Part shown: one piece after another, positions 13,741 to 27,880 of the stretch
Layout of the letters: the number at the start of each line of letters is the position of its first letter
Numbering within the stretch: position 1 is the stretch's first letter
From: Eledone cirrhosa
Lineage: Eukaryota
NCBI GenBank assembly: GCA_964016885.1
Contig: OZ024743.1
Location: 106,764,001-106,828,000, forward strand
Direction: 5' to 3'
DNA length: 64,000 nt
Translations under genes and position numbers: made by a program
The notes under the pieces: generated by a model
Database searches by the model: none
What the model was told of the DNA's origin: nothing
Seen by the model: the letters and a program-made list of their open reading frames with translations, nothing else

Positions 13741-14350
13741 TATGTCAGGTCACCAGTTGGTGCTACTGGTAACATGTATCCCAGTACAACCTGTCCCATG
13801 GTCGGGTCGTTGGCGACTAAACTGGCAACCCCACCAAGGTTTCTTGGTAAGGAGGGTGACTTTGGACATCCTGCAGGACTAAAAACAAAACCTGTCAAAG
13901 GGCAAAGAGCTCTTAAGAGTCAATGGCCATCCAAAATCACCGGGAGAGATGACCCCTTAGCCTTTGTCAAGGCAGAATTCTAGGAGAAGGAAAACTCTGA
14001 TATAACACCTGCAACCCTGATGGTATCCAATGATGTTGACTTGTTCTTCTTTTTGGTAAATATCATCTTGGTTAAGAGAGTGGGACTGGCTTTGTGCAGT
14101 GCCTTTGCTCACTATAAAAGCTTCACGACACAGGCATTGCTTTATATCTGGAGATCTCTCTGCACTGGTCGTCACATGGTACCATGGGCCCAGCACTATG
14201 TGTCAGTAATTGTCACAAGTGTAGTGTTTGTACCAGAGTTTTCAAGTCGCTGGCTGGACTAAAAAGTCACACTCGCTCAGCGCATCGGTAGGGGTTCTCC
14301 TACATGGATATAAAGTAGTGGCCGTACTCGAAAACGAGTTGGCAGCCACC
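13641..14350. mobile_element. Secondary insertion in the right PLE arm; probable LINE (RTE-like) 5' UTR fragment
   Basis: Absent from the mirror position in the left arm, which has an uninterrupted (CATA)n at ~8510-8560. Contains a T-tract, (TA)n and the motifs ggcgactaaactggcaaccc and taggagaaggaaaactctg, which I recall from RTE-clade UTRs. Confidence 0.5.
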
Positions 14351-14577
14351 ATGTATGTATGTATGTATATTTGTAAATATATGTGTATGTGTATGTATGT
14401 GTATATATATGTGTATATATATATATATGTGTGTATATATATATATATATATGTGTGTGTATGTGTGACCCCACTCTCAAGAGCGTGAAATCAATAAACA
14501 TTTGTTTGTTCTGCCCCTCTGTTTTGTTCCCGTTCATTTTTTCCTTATATATGTGTATATGTGTGTGTGTGTGTGTG

Positions 14578-14635
<58 letters not shown>

Positions 14636-14667
14636 TATATATATATATATATATATATGTATATGTA

Positions 14668-14698
<31 letters not shown>

Positions 14699-14730
14699 AT
14701 ATGTTTTTTATGTATGTATTTTTATGTGTG

Positions 14731-14777
<47 letters not shown>

Positions 14778-14780
14778 ATA

Positions 14781-14822
<42 letters not shown>

Positions 14823-14860
14823 CATGTGTGTATATATATATGTGTGTATATATGTGTATG

Positions 14861-14891
<31 letters not shown>

Positions 14892-15505
14892 GTGTGTGTA
14901 CATATGTGTGTATGTGTGTGTGTGTATGTTTATGTATGTATGTGTATATTCATATATATAAATATATTTATATGTGTGTCTGTGTATATGTGTGTCTCTG
15001 TATGTGTGTTTATGGGTGCGCGCGAGTGTGTTAGTGAGTGTGTCTTGTGAATGTGTCTGTTGTTTTTTGGCATATAGTTGAATAGTTTAAGAGTAATTTG
15101 AGGATAATTGTAAGATATGCACTTAATATTCTGAATTTGTCTACAGAATTCTCTAAACCTTTGTCACTTAGTAGAACCTTAATGATTTTAGCTATTAAAG
15201 AATCTCCCTTTCCTTTAAATCTATCTACCATGACTGACCCCCCACTGATCTTATAGACACCTGTTAGCTTAAGAGAAACTTAATAATAAGGAATGGTATG
15301 CCATCCTGAACCTGTTTATAGAATTCTGTCTGCCTTTGTTACTCTAAAAACAAAAATAAATAAAAATTAAAATTAAAATAAACTATAGCTTTGTAGAATT
15401 AGCTTTTAATGAATTCCCTTTTCTATCAACCAATGACCTACACCCATCTCACTCCCCACCCCCTCCTACCACTTGTATAAATACCATACTTATTTTTTGA
15501 TACCC

Positions 15506-15556
15506 AGATTCCTGATGATTTCTAAAGAATGAAACAGTTCTAGTCCTGTAGAATCT
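15506..15556 (+). ncRNA. Type I hammerhead ribozyme in PLE pseudo-LTR
   Basis: agattc CTGATGA tttctaaagaat GAAA cagttctagtcctg TA gaatct. Confidence 0.85.
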
Positions 15557-15638
15557 CATCTATATTAAAAAAAAGTATATATATATATATATATATATAA
15601 TTATATTATATATATATATATATATACATATGTTTATT

Positions 15639-15683
<45 letters not shown>

Positions 15684-15684
15684 G

Positions 15685-15715
<31 letters not shown>

Positions 15716-15873
15716 GTATATATACGTATATATATATATGTATATATATGTATATATATATACGTATATATATACGTATATATATACATATATGTGTGTG
15801 TATATATATATATATGTTTATATATATATATATATACGTATATATATATACGTATATATATATATATATATAC

Positions 15874-16199
<326 letters not shown>

Positions 16200-16221
16200 A
16201 TATATGTCTATTTAAATATAA

Positions 16222-16327
<106 letters not shown>

Positions 16328-16343
16328 TTATATTTAAATAGAC

Positions 16344-16405
<62 letters not shown>

Positions 16406-16649
16406 CGTGTATTTGTGTATGTGTAAGCGTGTCGACCTATAAGATTTTGTACGTATACCATTTTATGATCCTGCAATAATGCTGGTTGAATATATTGAAT
16501 ATATTCGCTAATGTGTGACTTGGTATTTCTGTATGCAAATATTCTTGATGTTGTACACACGTTGTGTTACGTAATAGTTTGGTTCATACAATTCTTAACA
16601 TTTCCAAAGAACACCAATTAGAAAATATATAACATTAACCCTAATACTT

Positions 16650-16765
16650 AACTGGTACCTTATTCTATCGATCCCCGAAGGAGGAAATGCAAAGCTCACA
16701 ACCCCGGGAACTGAATCAAGAACACAGGCAATCCTTATCAATTACCGCAATGCATTTTGTCCCCC
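16650..16765 (-). mobile_element. Degenerate SINE
   Basis: actggtaccttattctatcgatccccgaaggaggaaatgcaaag is the reverse of the SINE central domain. Confidence 0.6.
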
Positions 16766-18394
16766 ACTGAGCATTAGTGGTTTATTATGCAACCAAATGT
16801 CACGTTGGAAGTAGTTTAAATTTTTGTTTAATGTTTATGTTTCTCTGTAATGAATGGCGTAAAATTACCATGAATCATATCGAAATGAAGATTTAAAATG
16901 CAACTTGCCTCATCATTGAGCCATTACGAGAATATAACTATTAGGTTGATGAGTTTGCATAGTGTACCTTTCAAGCTAAATCTAAATATGCATGAAGACA
17001 TTCTCTATCAGGTGCACATTTTGTATGATATTATAGTTATTTCACTTGGAATAATTAGCGGTTTAAAGAATAATTTATTATTTTACATATGACTATATTA
17101 TTAAGTATTTTAATATTAATATGTTTTTAATCATTTGTAGATGATTAGAACAACTTATTCTTTTGAGAATAACGTCCTTGTACTTCATCTTTTGCTCCTT
17201 AATTATGCTTCACTTATTCGTTCATATCAATCATACAAGCTGCTTTATACTCAAGCTAGTCACTTCGTACCAAGTGCATGATACATCTATTTGCACCAAT
17301 CATTGCATATGAAACAACTTATTTCAGCCTTCATAAAACATGAAAGAAACTGAACTTTCACAACTGGCATACAATTAAATATTTACACCCATTAATTGTT
17401 TAAAATCCCAAATGACTTTCTGTGTGTACACCCATAACACAAATATTGCAGCAGATTAATAAGTTTCCTCTTCAGTGCTTCAAATTTTTCCGGTTCTGAT
17501 CTCCAACTGCAACGTGAACTACATATGGGTCATTTTATCAGTTGATAGTGCCACTGCAAACATCATAAACAACATTTCAAATGCTTCCTTTGCTGGTGGT
17601 ACATCGTAATCACTGTTTATATCTTCCCGACCGATTTCACAGCTACATCACAGAAGTAATAAACAGCATACCACTTCTTAATGCGCCTACCTATTCTCTC
17701 ATGATTTCTAATTTGTTTCATACACAATGTCCACACTATACTTTGCCTTCCCATTCTTCGCTAGAACTGTAAATATTCACATTAAGTCTGGGAGGTCTTT
17801 CTTCAATTATAAAACGCTGAATTTATCATATAACAGATTAGCGATAATTAAAGGCAAATGGAAATGGATGAAATGGAGATGAATTACTTTTCAGTACCAA
17901 GTCAACCTATTACAATTCCTTCATATTTTGATGTCTGCTCAAGAAATGGTAATATGTTGGATGCTTTTAATAATCACTAAATATCAGATTTATAGCGTTA
18001 AGTAAATGAGGATTATTTCCACTTCTACCTTTGCAAAGAGTGTCAGTAGCATTACACCTTTTGAAATTGATACAGCTACGAATTGGAAGCGATTTGGAGA
18101 TTTAGCTTACTTAGGCTTAATTTTACATTACATCATTCTCGTAATTATATACAATTGTGAATTAATTTCAAGCAGCTCTAACTTTTCGGAAATTCTATCT
18201 ATGCCCACCCCCTGTGCTTAGTTCTATATACACCGGCTGCTGAAAGAAAGTCAATTTCTAAGCATGCTGCATATGAAGAGATTCGAGATGTTGAGAAGAT
18301 AGAGTGGTGTGTTCGTGAGTCTGATATATTTTAAGAGAATTAATTGGACAGAATGGTAATCCTAAATAAAACGTAAGCTTATGTTTTCGAATAT

Positions 18395-18602
18395 ACATTT
18401 CTAATTTAGGCACAAAGCTAGCAAATTCTGGGTATGGTTAGTGTTGATTACATCAACCACATGGCATCACTGCTACTTTCTTTTGATGTTTACAAACAGA
18501 TAAAAGACAAAGTTTACTATGGCGGGATTTGAAATCAGAATATAAGGATCTAGAACAAATAGCACAATGGCATTTCATTCAAACCTATCAATACCGTCAA
18601 TC
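18395..18602 (-). mobile_element. Degenerate SINE
   Basis: tttctaatttaggcacaaagc tail and ggcgggatttgaaatcag B-box, both in reverse. Confidence 0.65.
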
Positions 18603-19834
18603 CAAATGAATGAATAGCCTTCTAGTGCTTCTGTAATCCATTAATCATCATTAATAGCCGTGTATGCTGCATCAAGTATATTAATGAGAGATGGTGTTTA
18701 TTTGATATTCTTAAACCTCCTCCGTTCAGTTGTATACCATTTTCCCTAAGTCAACAAGATAGAAGATGATAGAGAATTGTAAAAAGAAAAGTAAAGAAAA
18801 TGCCATTGTTCTGACACGGACAGTTTGGGCGCTGGTATTCGGAATACAGTCTACAAAAACGTCGGATAATGTTCAAATCATGAAGGAAAAACAGAATGGT
18901 CTTCTGCACTTAATTTAAATAATTGTTGTTCAGTAGGGAGTATATTAACACCAAAACGTAAAAATTAAATATGCACCCAATCTTGCATTTGATGACTTGG
19001 TTAATGAAGGTATGTTCCTGATTGATTTTATAATGTTGGTAAATTGTAAAACCTTTGTTATAATAACATTCGTAACTGAACAGAAGAGCATAGTAATTTT
19101 CATAGCTCTCTATTATTTTACACGGAAGTGAGAACAGCAAGATACATGCAGTCCTCAGCTTAGATGGGCGGATAATCCTTCTTTATTTCGCCTTATAACA
19201 TACATTTCTTTCTACTTTAGTAACTATTTATACATACATAAATGTATATAGGTATATCTAAAAGAAATCTATATATATTAGGGATCGGAATACCTGGCGA
19301 GTTTGTAAGGAGCACTATAGCGATATGAAATCCTTTAAAAACCTGACCCACAACATTCCTTTTCCATGTCTGAAAACACTCGAATCATTCATGAAAAGGA
19401 AAGCCCGGCAAGAAGTATCATTGAAAAAAAACCTATTCTATTACACAATTGGTGCAATTTATCGACTTGAAACTATGAGAGGTAATAATAAGCTAGGCTG
19501 GTTTCGAACTCAGAACACATAGACCAGGAACATGTAGTGCAAATCATTCTACCTAACACCAACACCTTTGTTAAAATAAATATTGATATCCACATGGACG
19601 CAGCAAACTGGACTGCTATAGAGTGGTCACATCCGAGAGCTAAGAATGAAACCACTGACTTGTCAGACAAATAAAAGTATATAACGTCATCAGTATTATT
19701 TATAAACTTTCCTCATCCTGTAAAAACCAAATAATTTTACAAATACAACAGTACAACAAGGTAAAGATGATCACATACTCACACTAACTTCTGAACCACG
19801 ATAAATAAGAGGGCCGCACAATCAGAATCAGTTA

Positions 19835-20122
19835 TCTATATATCTAATAGAGAACCACCCAACCGATTGTTTTCAATATTTACACATGTAATACTTGTGG
19901 GCCTGTGAGTGTTTTGAGCAAAAGGAAATTCAAATTGTCACTGCCCTTCGGACCGCATTAGACGATTTCGCGATCTCTCTCTATAAATCTTAGACTTTCT
20001 CTTTTTAGATAGATACATAGATATAACGTTGCGCCCTTATAATATCTGTCTGTATGCCTGCCCTGGCTGGCTGCATGACGACATTATGACGCGGTGTGTG
20101 TGTGCATATATATGTATATATA

Positions 20123-20170
<48 letters not shown>

Positions 20171-20644
20171 TGTGTGTAACGTTTTTCGAAATATTTACTT
20201 CTGCGTTCACAGATTGATTTTTTTAGTTTCAGAAGATCCCGTTAAGGGTTAAAGCAGCGATTCTTTGCTTAAACTTTAATCTGTTATTTTAATATGTATA
20301 CATAATGATATATTCGTGTACAGATATTTTTCCATATACAATAACAAAATATAAACAAAAGTATTGATTTTCTTCGCACGGAAAAGGCCCCAGTAATCTA
20401 CTACGAATTTTTTTATAAGCACAAAATGTAGACACCATCTCGAGGCCGTGGTATTCCGTAATTCTCTGTACTGTTATTTTAATGTATATATATAATTATA
20501 AATTCGTGTACAGGTAGTTTTGCATACACAATAACCAAATATAAACAAATGTATTAATCTCACGAGGCTCGATAAGGATAAATATATATGAAATATATAA
20601 GAACCCTAGAGCAAATCCCGAGCAACGCCGGGTCATTCTGCTAG
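19835..20644 (+). mobile_element. Non-autonomous Helitron
   Basis: A|TCTATATATC start. 3' hairpin cccgagcaacgccggg then CTAG|T, so it is inserted between A and T with no TSD. The 5' segment matches 32304-32415. Confidence 0.75.
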
Positions 20645-21429
20645 TATCATCTATTTTGGTTGTAACATTGTAGAGTACAACGTAACCAAAACGTGCAGTA
20701 AGTAGGAAGTTGTAGAAATATATGAAAATATCCCAGAGGAATATTATAAACCTAGGGAAAGCAGAAACAAGTGGGCAGGGAGAAGGCAAGCAAAATGAAC
20801 GTGTAGGATTTCCTCTTCTAACACGTCCAAGTAAATTTCATAGTTTTTCCAAAATAAGCAAATAACTGATAGAACAACTAAACGAGGTGATACAAAACGA
20901 AGCATGAAACAATACGCTGAATAAAGAGTCTAATTTGTGAAGCGCTCAAAGAATTCTACGCTAATGAAATCTATTAGACTGCTCAGAGGCAAGTATCACG
21001 TAGTGATCAGATCGACATTGTTCGTGGATTCTCCCTCCTTCTGATGGGTTGTTTTATATTTTTTTATGTAACATTATCATGTTTTACATTAAAAATTTTT
21101 TTTTTTCTTTCATTTATATCGATATTTAACACGTGATAATTGTATAATAACTTTGACACTCAACATGTTTCAATATAAATTTGAATTACCTATACTCACA
21201 CAGTTTAATACATATGTATAATATTTTAAAAAGGGTCCTCGTAGCAGTAATGAAGGATATTGGCATCATCATCATTATAATAATTATGTCAACATCAGCA
21301 CCATCTTCAGACATGTGCAGTATTGGTGCAAAAAAAAGAAAAAAAGAACAGGTACAAATACCGGTAAATTTCATCTCGACGATTTTGCCTTTCAAATTTC
21401 TGTGGTTGGTACAATATATGTCACGCGGC

Positions 21430-21570
21430 GATTTAGCATAATCGTTAGAACGTCGTATAGAATTCTTTGTGGTATTCGTTTCAGCTCTCTACTCTCTGAG
21501 TTTAAACCCCGCCGAGGCCAAATTTGTCTTTCATCCATTTAATGTCGATGGAAAAAGTACCAGTTTAGTG
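21430..21570 (+). mobile_element. tRNA-derived SINE
   Basis: A-box-like tagcataatcgttaga, B-box gagtttaaacccc, then gccgagg...tttgtctttcatcc...gtcgat. Confidence 0.7.
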
Positions 21571-23819
21571 CCGGTGTCCATTCTTCCTCTATGTCTCTTT
21601 CTCACATCGTTTCCCTGGAAGAAATCTGCTGTATTCGGACCTGGAAAGGAAATGGCCGCTGTCAAATTTTTAAAAAGGCTATAGAAGCGCCGTATGTCTA
21701 TGCGGTGCTGCAACGTTTCCTTCGGAGGTTATTTTTCCAGGTATACATACAAGATATACTTCAGTCAAGAACCAGGAGCCATAAAAGACAATGTTCTCCA
21801 TCGAAAATATTTGAACAGTTAACAATTACTAGATGAAAAATATACGAATGATCTGGCAAACAATATGTCGAGAAATCTAGGGACTTCCTGACTTTAAATT
21901 CGACGTTGAAGTCTCGTTGTTTTTTATTGAATTTGTTATCTCCAGCATAAATAATACAACTCTCAATCACAAACTAGGTTCTTATTTGATCAGTTCTAAA
22001 CTTCACTTGAAACAGTGTAGTATTGTACCAATTATATTAATCTTCTATTTGTATTATATTTTTTATGTTTCAGTTTGTTATGTGAACCTGATGTTGTTGC
22101 TTCGTTTGTATGCCTTTAAATTAATTAATTCTTTTCTTTCAGTACATAATTCTCTATATGTGCAAAAGGAAATATTTTAGTATTACCTCCTCTAGCTAAT
22201 AAGGAAAATGTGTCTGAAAGCATAAATAAAATATAATTAAAATATAAAATTCTTCAATTTCGTATAACGCTTTACTACTCGAAAGTGAAAATATAGTTAT
22301 AGACTAGCGTATCAGACATGAAATTAAATACCATTTGGAACTCTAATAAATAGGTTATTTGATCGATAAATCTTATTGATTTCATTCGAAATTCAGCAAT
22401 ATTACCAAAGTTATATTGATTTTGATTTTCATCTGACATTTCACCTGCGCTCAATGTTATAATTTGGCGAAAGTTTCTTGTCAGTTAACTCTAACTCTGG
22501 CTAATTTCTTATTCTGACAAATTTGTCTCGATATTGAAATAAATATAGATTTCTCTATACATAATTATATCGACAGTAGCGACAAGTGAGGTAAAGTGGG
22601 ATGTATGCTATTAGAAAACCAAGGATACCTGAATGGAGTCATCTCATGTTGTGCCCCTTTACATGAGATATAACCACAGAAAATATCAAATGAAGAAGCC
22701 TTCATTATACATTAATATGTAGACATTAATTTGAAATATTTTATATAAAATTAAAGCAACGAACTATTAGAATAATTTAAGCCTCCGACAAACGACCGTG
22801 TACTATTTCTTAAAATATAGCACCGGTGTCAATTTTGCGTTTCGTCAAATAGTTGTTCACAAAATAAAGTACCACTTAAGGACTGACATTATGTTAGTTG
22901 ATTAGCACCATCCCCCAAACTTCTGGGACTGTCTCCATTTCCGTAAAGATTCTTTAGTTAGGATTTATTGGAGAAGAATCGACAGTATTGGTAGAGCGTC
23001 GCATAAAAAGCTATTGTTGTATTTGTTCTAGATCTTCACGGATGGAGTTCAAAACGAGTTCTATATTCTAATGTCTGAACGCGCTATGGTAACAGATCCA
23101 AGTTCTTCACACGTACATCTTTTTTTGAGTAAGGTAATATATATAGAACGGATACCTACACGAGAATTTGAAATCACAAAGTACCAAAAATATATGGCGA
23201 AATATTAGAATACATTTAGTTCATTGCTTGAACGATTCATACTGGTGTTCACCATATAGGAATACCCAATAAACCATTCAAGATATTATTGTTATTCATT
23301 ACTCTATATTACACACCACCCGTGTTTTCAAAACTATAAAAAAATATCGAACACTTTATATTATATATAAGAATCAATTATACTTGTTTTTACTTTCCTT
23401 CCATTAAACTTCACCATTTATTCGATGTTTTACGTATACAAAACTCACAAACATATGCTTACACACACTCACTCACACATGTATATATACATACATATAT
23501 ACACCATAAATTATGAGTGCTGACAGCTGTAATGGTCATTAATTGACACATTTCGTCAGCAACATTTTAAGATGGTTGCATTTAAGCAAACTTTCTATTA
23601 ACATTGTTTTTCTTCCAAGTATTGTATCAGAATGTGCAAGCGTATTCGAAATCCATTGGCAGAGTATTCGGATTTATGTATATTTTATAACCTGCTGCGT
23701 CAATTCTTGAAATTATATGGTGTAGCCAACAAGAGACACATTTTTCATAAAATTTCATTCATAGTAAGGATATATATTAAGTGAAAATAATACCAATAAT
23801 AAAAACAATAAATTTTAGT

Positions 23820-24340
23820 TTAGACAAAAGGCCCCTAATTTGAGTAGAAGAAAAAGTTGATTATATAGACCCCATTACTAGACTGCCATTTAATTTCATC
23901 GGCTCCAGAAAAATGAAATGCAAGCTCGACCATGGTGGAGCATAAACTCTCAATGTAAAGATCCATAACTAAATGACATTAATTTGTCCGACTTTCTAAC
24001 GTTGCAGCCTCTCTGCCACCCTGTTAATTTTAAGTAAATATACATTCTTCATTTGTACAAGGCCAGTAATTTGAGGCAGGAGAAATTCGTTATATCAACT
24101 TCATTACATAAGTGCTGTGTTAATTTACCGATGTCAGAAGGATGAAAAGCAAAGTTGACCCGAAGGACTTTGAATACAGAATGTAAGTAGCCAGAACAAC
24201 TATCAAAAATGCGATTTCCCGACGCTCTTCCAGTTCTGCCGTTCCAATAATAATTGTTTCTACATTTGGCACAAGGCCAGTAATTACCCAGTGCATTACT
24301 AGTACTTTATTTTATCGACCCCGTAAGTATGAAAGGCAAA
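23820..24340 (-). mobile_element. Three adjacent SINE copies or fragments
   Basis: Repeated acaaggcc...tttcatcg/tttatcgaccccgtaag...gaaaggcaaa blocks at ~23820-24020, 24050-24245 and 24250-24340. Confidence 0.7.
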
Positions 24341-27300
24341 AATACTTTCTCTATTGGCCACTAGGCTTTAAAAGCAAGGGCGAATACAAATGGAAAAGGC
24401 TTTTGAGGATTTACTTACAAATAATCCTGTAAACAAATAAAGCAAATAACAAAATAACAATGAATTAAACCAACATAACACCCACCCACCACCACCACCA
24501 CCACCAATATGTGGAAGCACCCAACCAGGGGAGCTTTTGGAACTTTACCAATCCGAATCCCCACTCATCACTAAGAGCACCATAGGAAAGTGCTACTGTT
24601 TTCTCTAAACTCTAGAGCTGATGGGCGCATGCTCAAATATGATTTTAGTAAGGAAATTATTATAGAACATTTCTGCTGACTTTTGTAGACTTTCAAGTGT
24701 CTAGGTAAATGCTGCCATATTAGCTACTTACAGAAATAAGTAAATCACATAGTTGATATTTTTTATCTTTGGTTTTAATGAAATCGCGGAATTGTCCCTA
24801 AAATGAGGAGTCTCTCTTCTAAAGAATCTATGATGCAGACTTCTGTATAAGTTTGGGTATATTTCAAATGTCGTTGTGCTTGTTGATATTTATACCATTG
24901 TTGTTGTTCTTTTGTTGCAGATTAGCCCTGACTCTGCGCATTTATGGTAAGAAGCATTACAGCTATGGTCATTTAATTATGTTACTTCCTGTGTATTTTA
25001 TAAAGTTCTTAGTAAATTAACAGTCGTTTGAGCATCGTATAAGATGCTTAGCGCTACATATGCTAGCTCACTGCACTCAGAGTAGAAACTACTATTCTCT
25101 AATTATAGGTCAATGAGTAAACTACTTGTTCAGTGTAGTGAATTTATACAATAGAGAAATTGAAGAGTTCCTTTGTGACGTAGCTTCCGATGTTATGATA
25201 ACATGTATGCTAAGACAATAATTTAGTGTTCTATCAGCCCATAACATTTCATTGGGAAACATCAATCGTATAGTGATTTGAGACTTTGAAATATGTGCAA
25301 TTAAAAGGACCCTGCTAATGACGGCAGGTCACATTGGAGTAGAGAATTTGAAGTGTAATGCATATTCTTAGACGTTATATGATGGCACTTACGGTACGAT
25401 GCTAATGGATCAAACCACTACAAACCACTAGAATTGTTGCACTTTTATTATGGGGTATATTAATTAGATATTCGTTTTAACTGTTTACTAGGCTTCAAAA
25501 TACATATATGGCCAAACACTAAACTAATACAATAACCGCATAATAATGAACACATTTAACCTCAAGGTCAAGCTAGAATAAGCACTCTAATCATTCGAAA
25601 ATGCATATATTTAAAATAAATGAAAACAATCCATTCAAACGTGGAGTCATATTTAATTAAAAAGGATGAGATTATTACGACGAGAATTCCTATGATTGTA
25701 TTTATTCCTGCTTGGAAAGTGTTAACCTGTATCTAAAAATACACATAATAAAAACAGTAACATAAATAAAATCAACAATTACAAAAATAACAATTATATC
25801 AACAAAAATAGTTTTGACGTACATTTACTCGTGCTGCCTGCTTAAACTAAGTACTTCTAAGGCGCCATAATGTCTTTGAAGATGCTATTGCTGGATATGA
25901 GATTTATTGTGTTGCATGTGACGTTTCTTGAGGAGGTCCTTAGTGTCGCCATTACTAGTGTCTACATCTGCTACGCTCCAGTCCAATACTAGAAAACAAT
26001 ATGATGCAGCTGATTCTGAAAACCTGTTCGTAGCATTTATGATATTACTATTCCAATTATGTATATATTTGACGAGTAATTATTCTTCGTCTTATTATTA
26101 TTAATATTATTATCATTATTATTATATGAGGGTAGGGTCTTGTTGAGTTTTACTGCCTAAATACCTGTCCATATGTTTTCTTTGTTGTATAATGCAACTT
26201 AGTTTTATCTTGTTATTTTTCAGCAAAGTAAGAGGCGGGAGAGCTAGGCTGTATATATCGTCTCTAGTCAAGTACAAAAAGGTCTCATATCTTGTTATCT
26301 ATAGGAAGTAAGCAGAAAAGTTTACAGATACTGCTGCTACAATCTTAACAGTGGTTGAGGGTAATGAATCCTAAAATAGTTGACGATAATTTCGTTTTCG
26401 ACTGACGGGGGAAATGCAAATGTTCCTGCATTGAAGATATTTACAAAAACGACAAGAATAATTCTTATATCAATCTACATCGAAAATTTACACGTATAAT
26501 GGCAATAGCACAATCATGTAACAATGTTAAACTTTAATGTTGAAAAACGTGAACATATTTACAAGTAAAAGTGAGAGAAACGCAGGAATATGAATAAATA
26601 ACATAAGATGGTATCAAAAATCAAAACTAAATAATGAAACTGCCGTATCTGCATCAATACGTTTGGATAATTAATAATATGATGGACGGACATATGTCAA
26701 GAATAAATAGAGTATATGTTGCCAAACATCAATTCAATAACAAGGAAGTTAGAAATATTATTAAATTACTACAGATTCTAGATTATTTTCAAAATGAGCT
26801 GAAAATCATAGGCATAGGATATGGTAACGAATGCATAAATGTGACTATATTCATCTAAAAACCTTCTACCATAAGTTTATGTAAGCACTACCGGCGATAT
26901 ACTGGAAGTGTTGAAATTTGAAACTTTTGAAAGAAGTGAATCTTGAAATAAGCAATGAAAGTATTTATGTTTAATCAAGAGTTACCAAATTTAGTACATA
27001 AATTATATAATATTCATTTATTATTCAAAGTTATCCAACTTATTTTACTAACGGGATGAAAAAAAATGTAAACAGGACACAGTACCACGCTCCTCCCTTT
27101 ATTATATTATGATCCACAAGTTGCAATAATCTTTCATAATATATGATAAAATTGTAGTCCATCCTTTGTATTGTAGTAAATTTTATGGTTTTGATATGTT
27201 TTCTTGTTGATTTTTATTATTGTATATGGTGTATAATTTGTATTATATATTACTAGTGTGTGAGAATTGCTTTCTTGGGTTTGCTGGGCGGCATTTTGAT

Positions 27301-27509
27301 TTCGAATTTTTATATTGATATCAATGGTGGTAAGTCTTTGTCGTTTTGTATTTTTATTATCTACGATGAAGGGACGACCGCAACGACAGAAGTTGAGAGA
27401 CTTTGCTGTTCAATTTTAATATTTGTTTTCCAAAGATGTTGTGTTGGAAGAATTGGTATATTCTTGGAGAATATTCCATTGCGGTGTTTGATGTAGCTCT
27501 TTATTTTTG

Positions 27510-27880
27510 TATTTCAAATTCCCCGGCGATCAGCGTCAAATTTGACTTCCCATGATCGAGAAAATAAATTACAAGTTAAGTAAAGGGGTCGATGGAATCC
27601 ACTTTCTATTCCCCAGTCTTTATTCGCCTAGTACCTATATTTTAAGCAGTTATAAGTTTGTTAGATTGGGGGAAATGACAGGGTGAATTGCAGGGTGCTG
27701 AATAAACTTCCATTGCAGTATTTGTTCTGGAACCTAACAATTTGACTGGAAGCCATCACGAAGTTAGCTTCGTATTTCGTATAACAGGTTCGATAATCAA
27801 AGCGCTACAAATGTACTGGGTTTAAATTAATCAACGTCGCATAGCACCCACATTGTCTGGCCATGTGTCCCAATTAAAAA
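27510..27880 (+). mobile_element. Two degenerate SINEs
   Basis: ttcaaattccccggcg...gatcgagaaaataaattac, and gttagcttcgtatttc...ttcgataatcaaag...tggccatgtg. Confidence 0.5.

Larger units (their letters stand above)
7093..15574. mobile_element. ~8.5-kb head-to-head inverted pair of Naiad-type Penelope-like elements inserted in (TA)n
   Basis: Left arm (minus, 11129->7093) and right arm (plus, 11130->15574) share the GIY-YIG region, the microsatellite-rich 3' UTR and the hammerhead-bearing terminal repeat. 7093-7140 is the reverse complement of 11130-11177. Confidence 0.9.

Noticed and set aside
25850-27500. Faint Dong/R4-like (25850-26080) and PLE-like (26300-27500) coding relics
   Set aside because: Too decayed to give continuous diagnostic motifs by eye.
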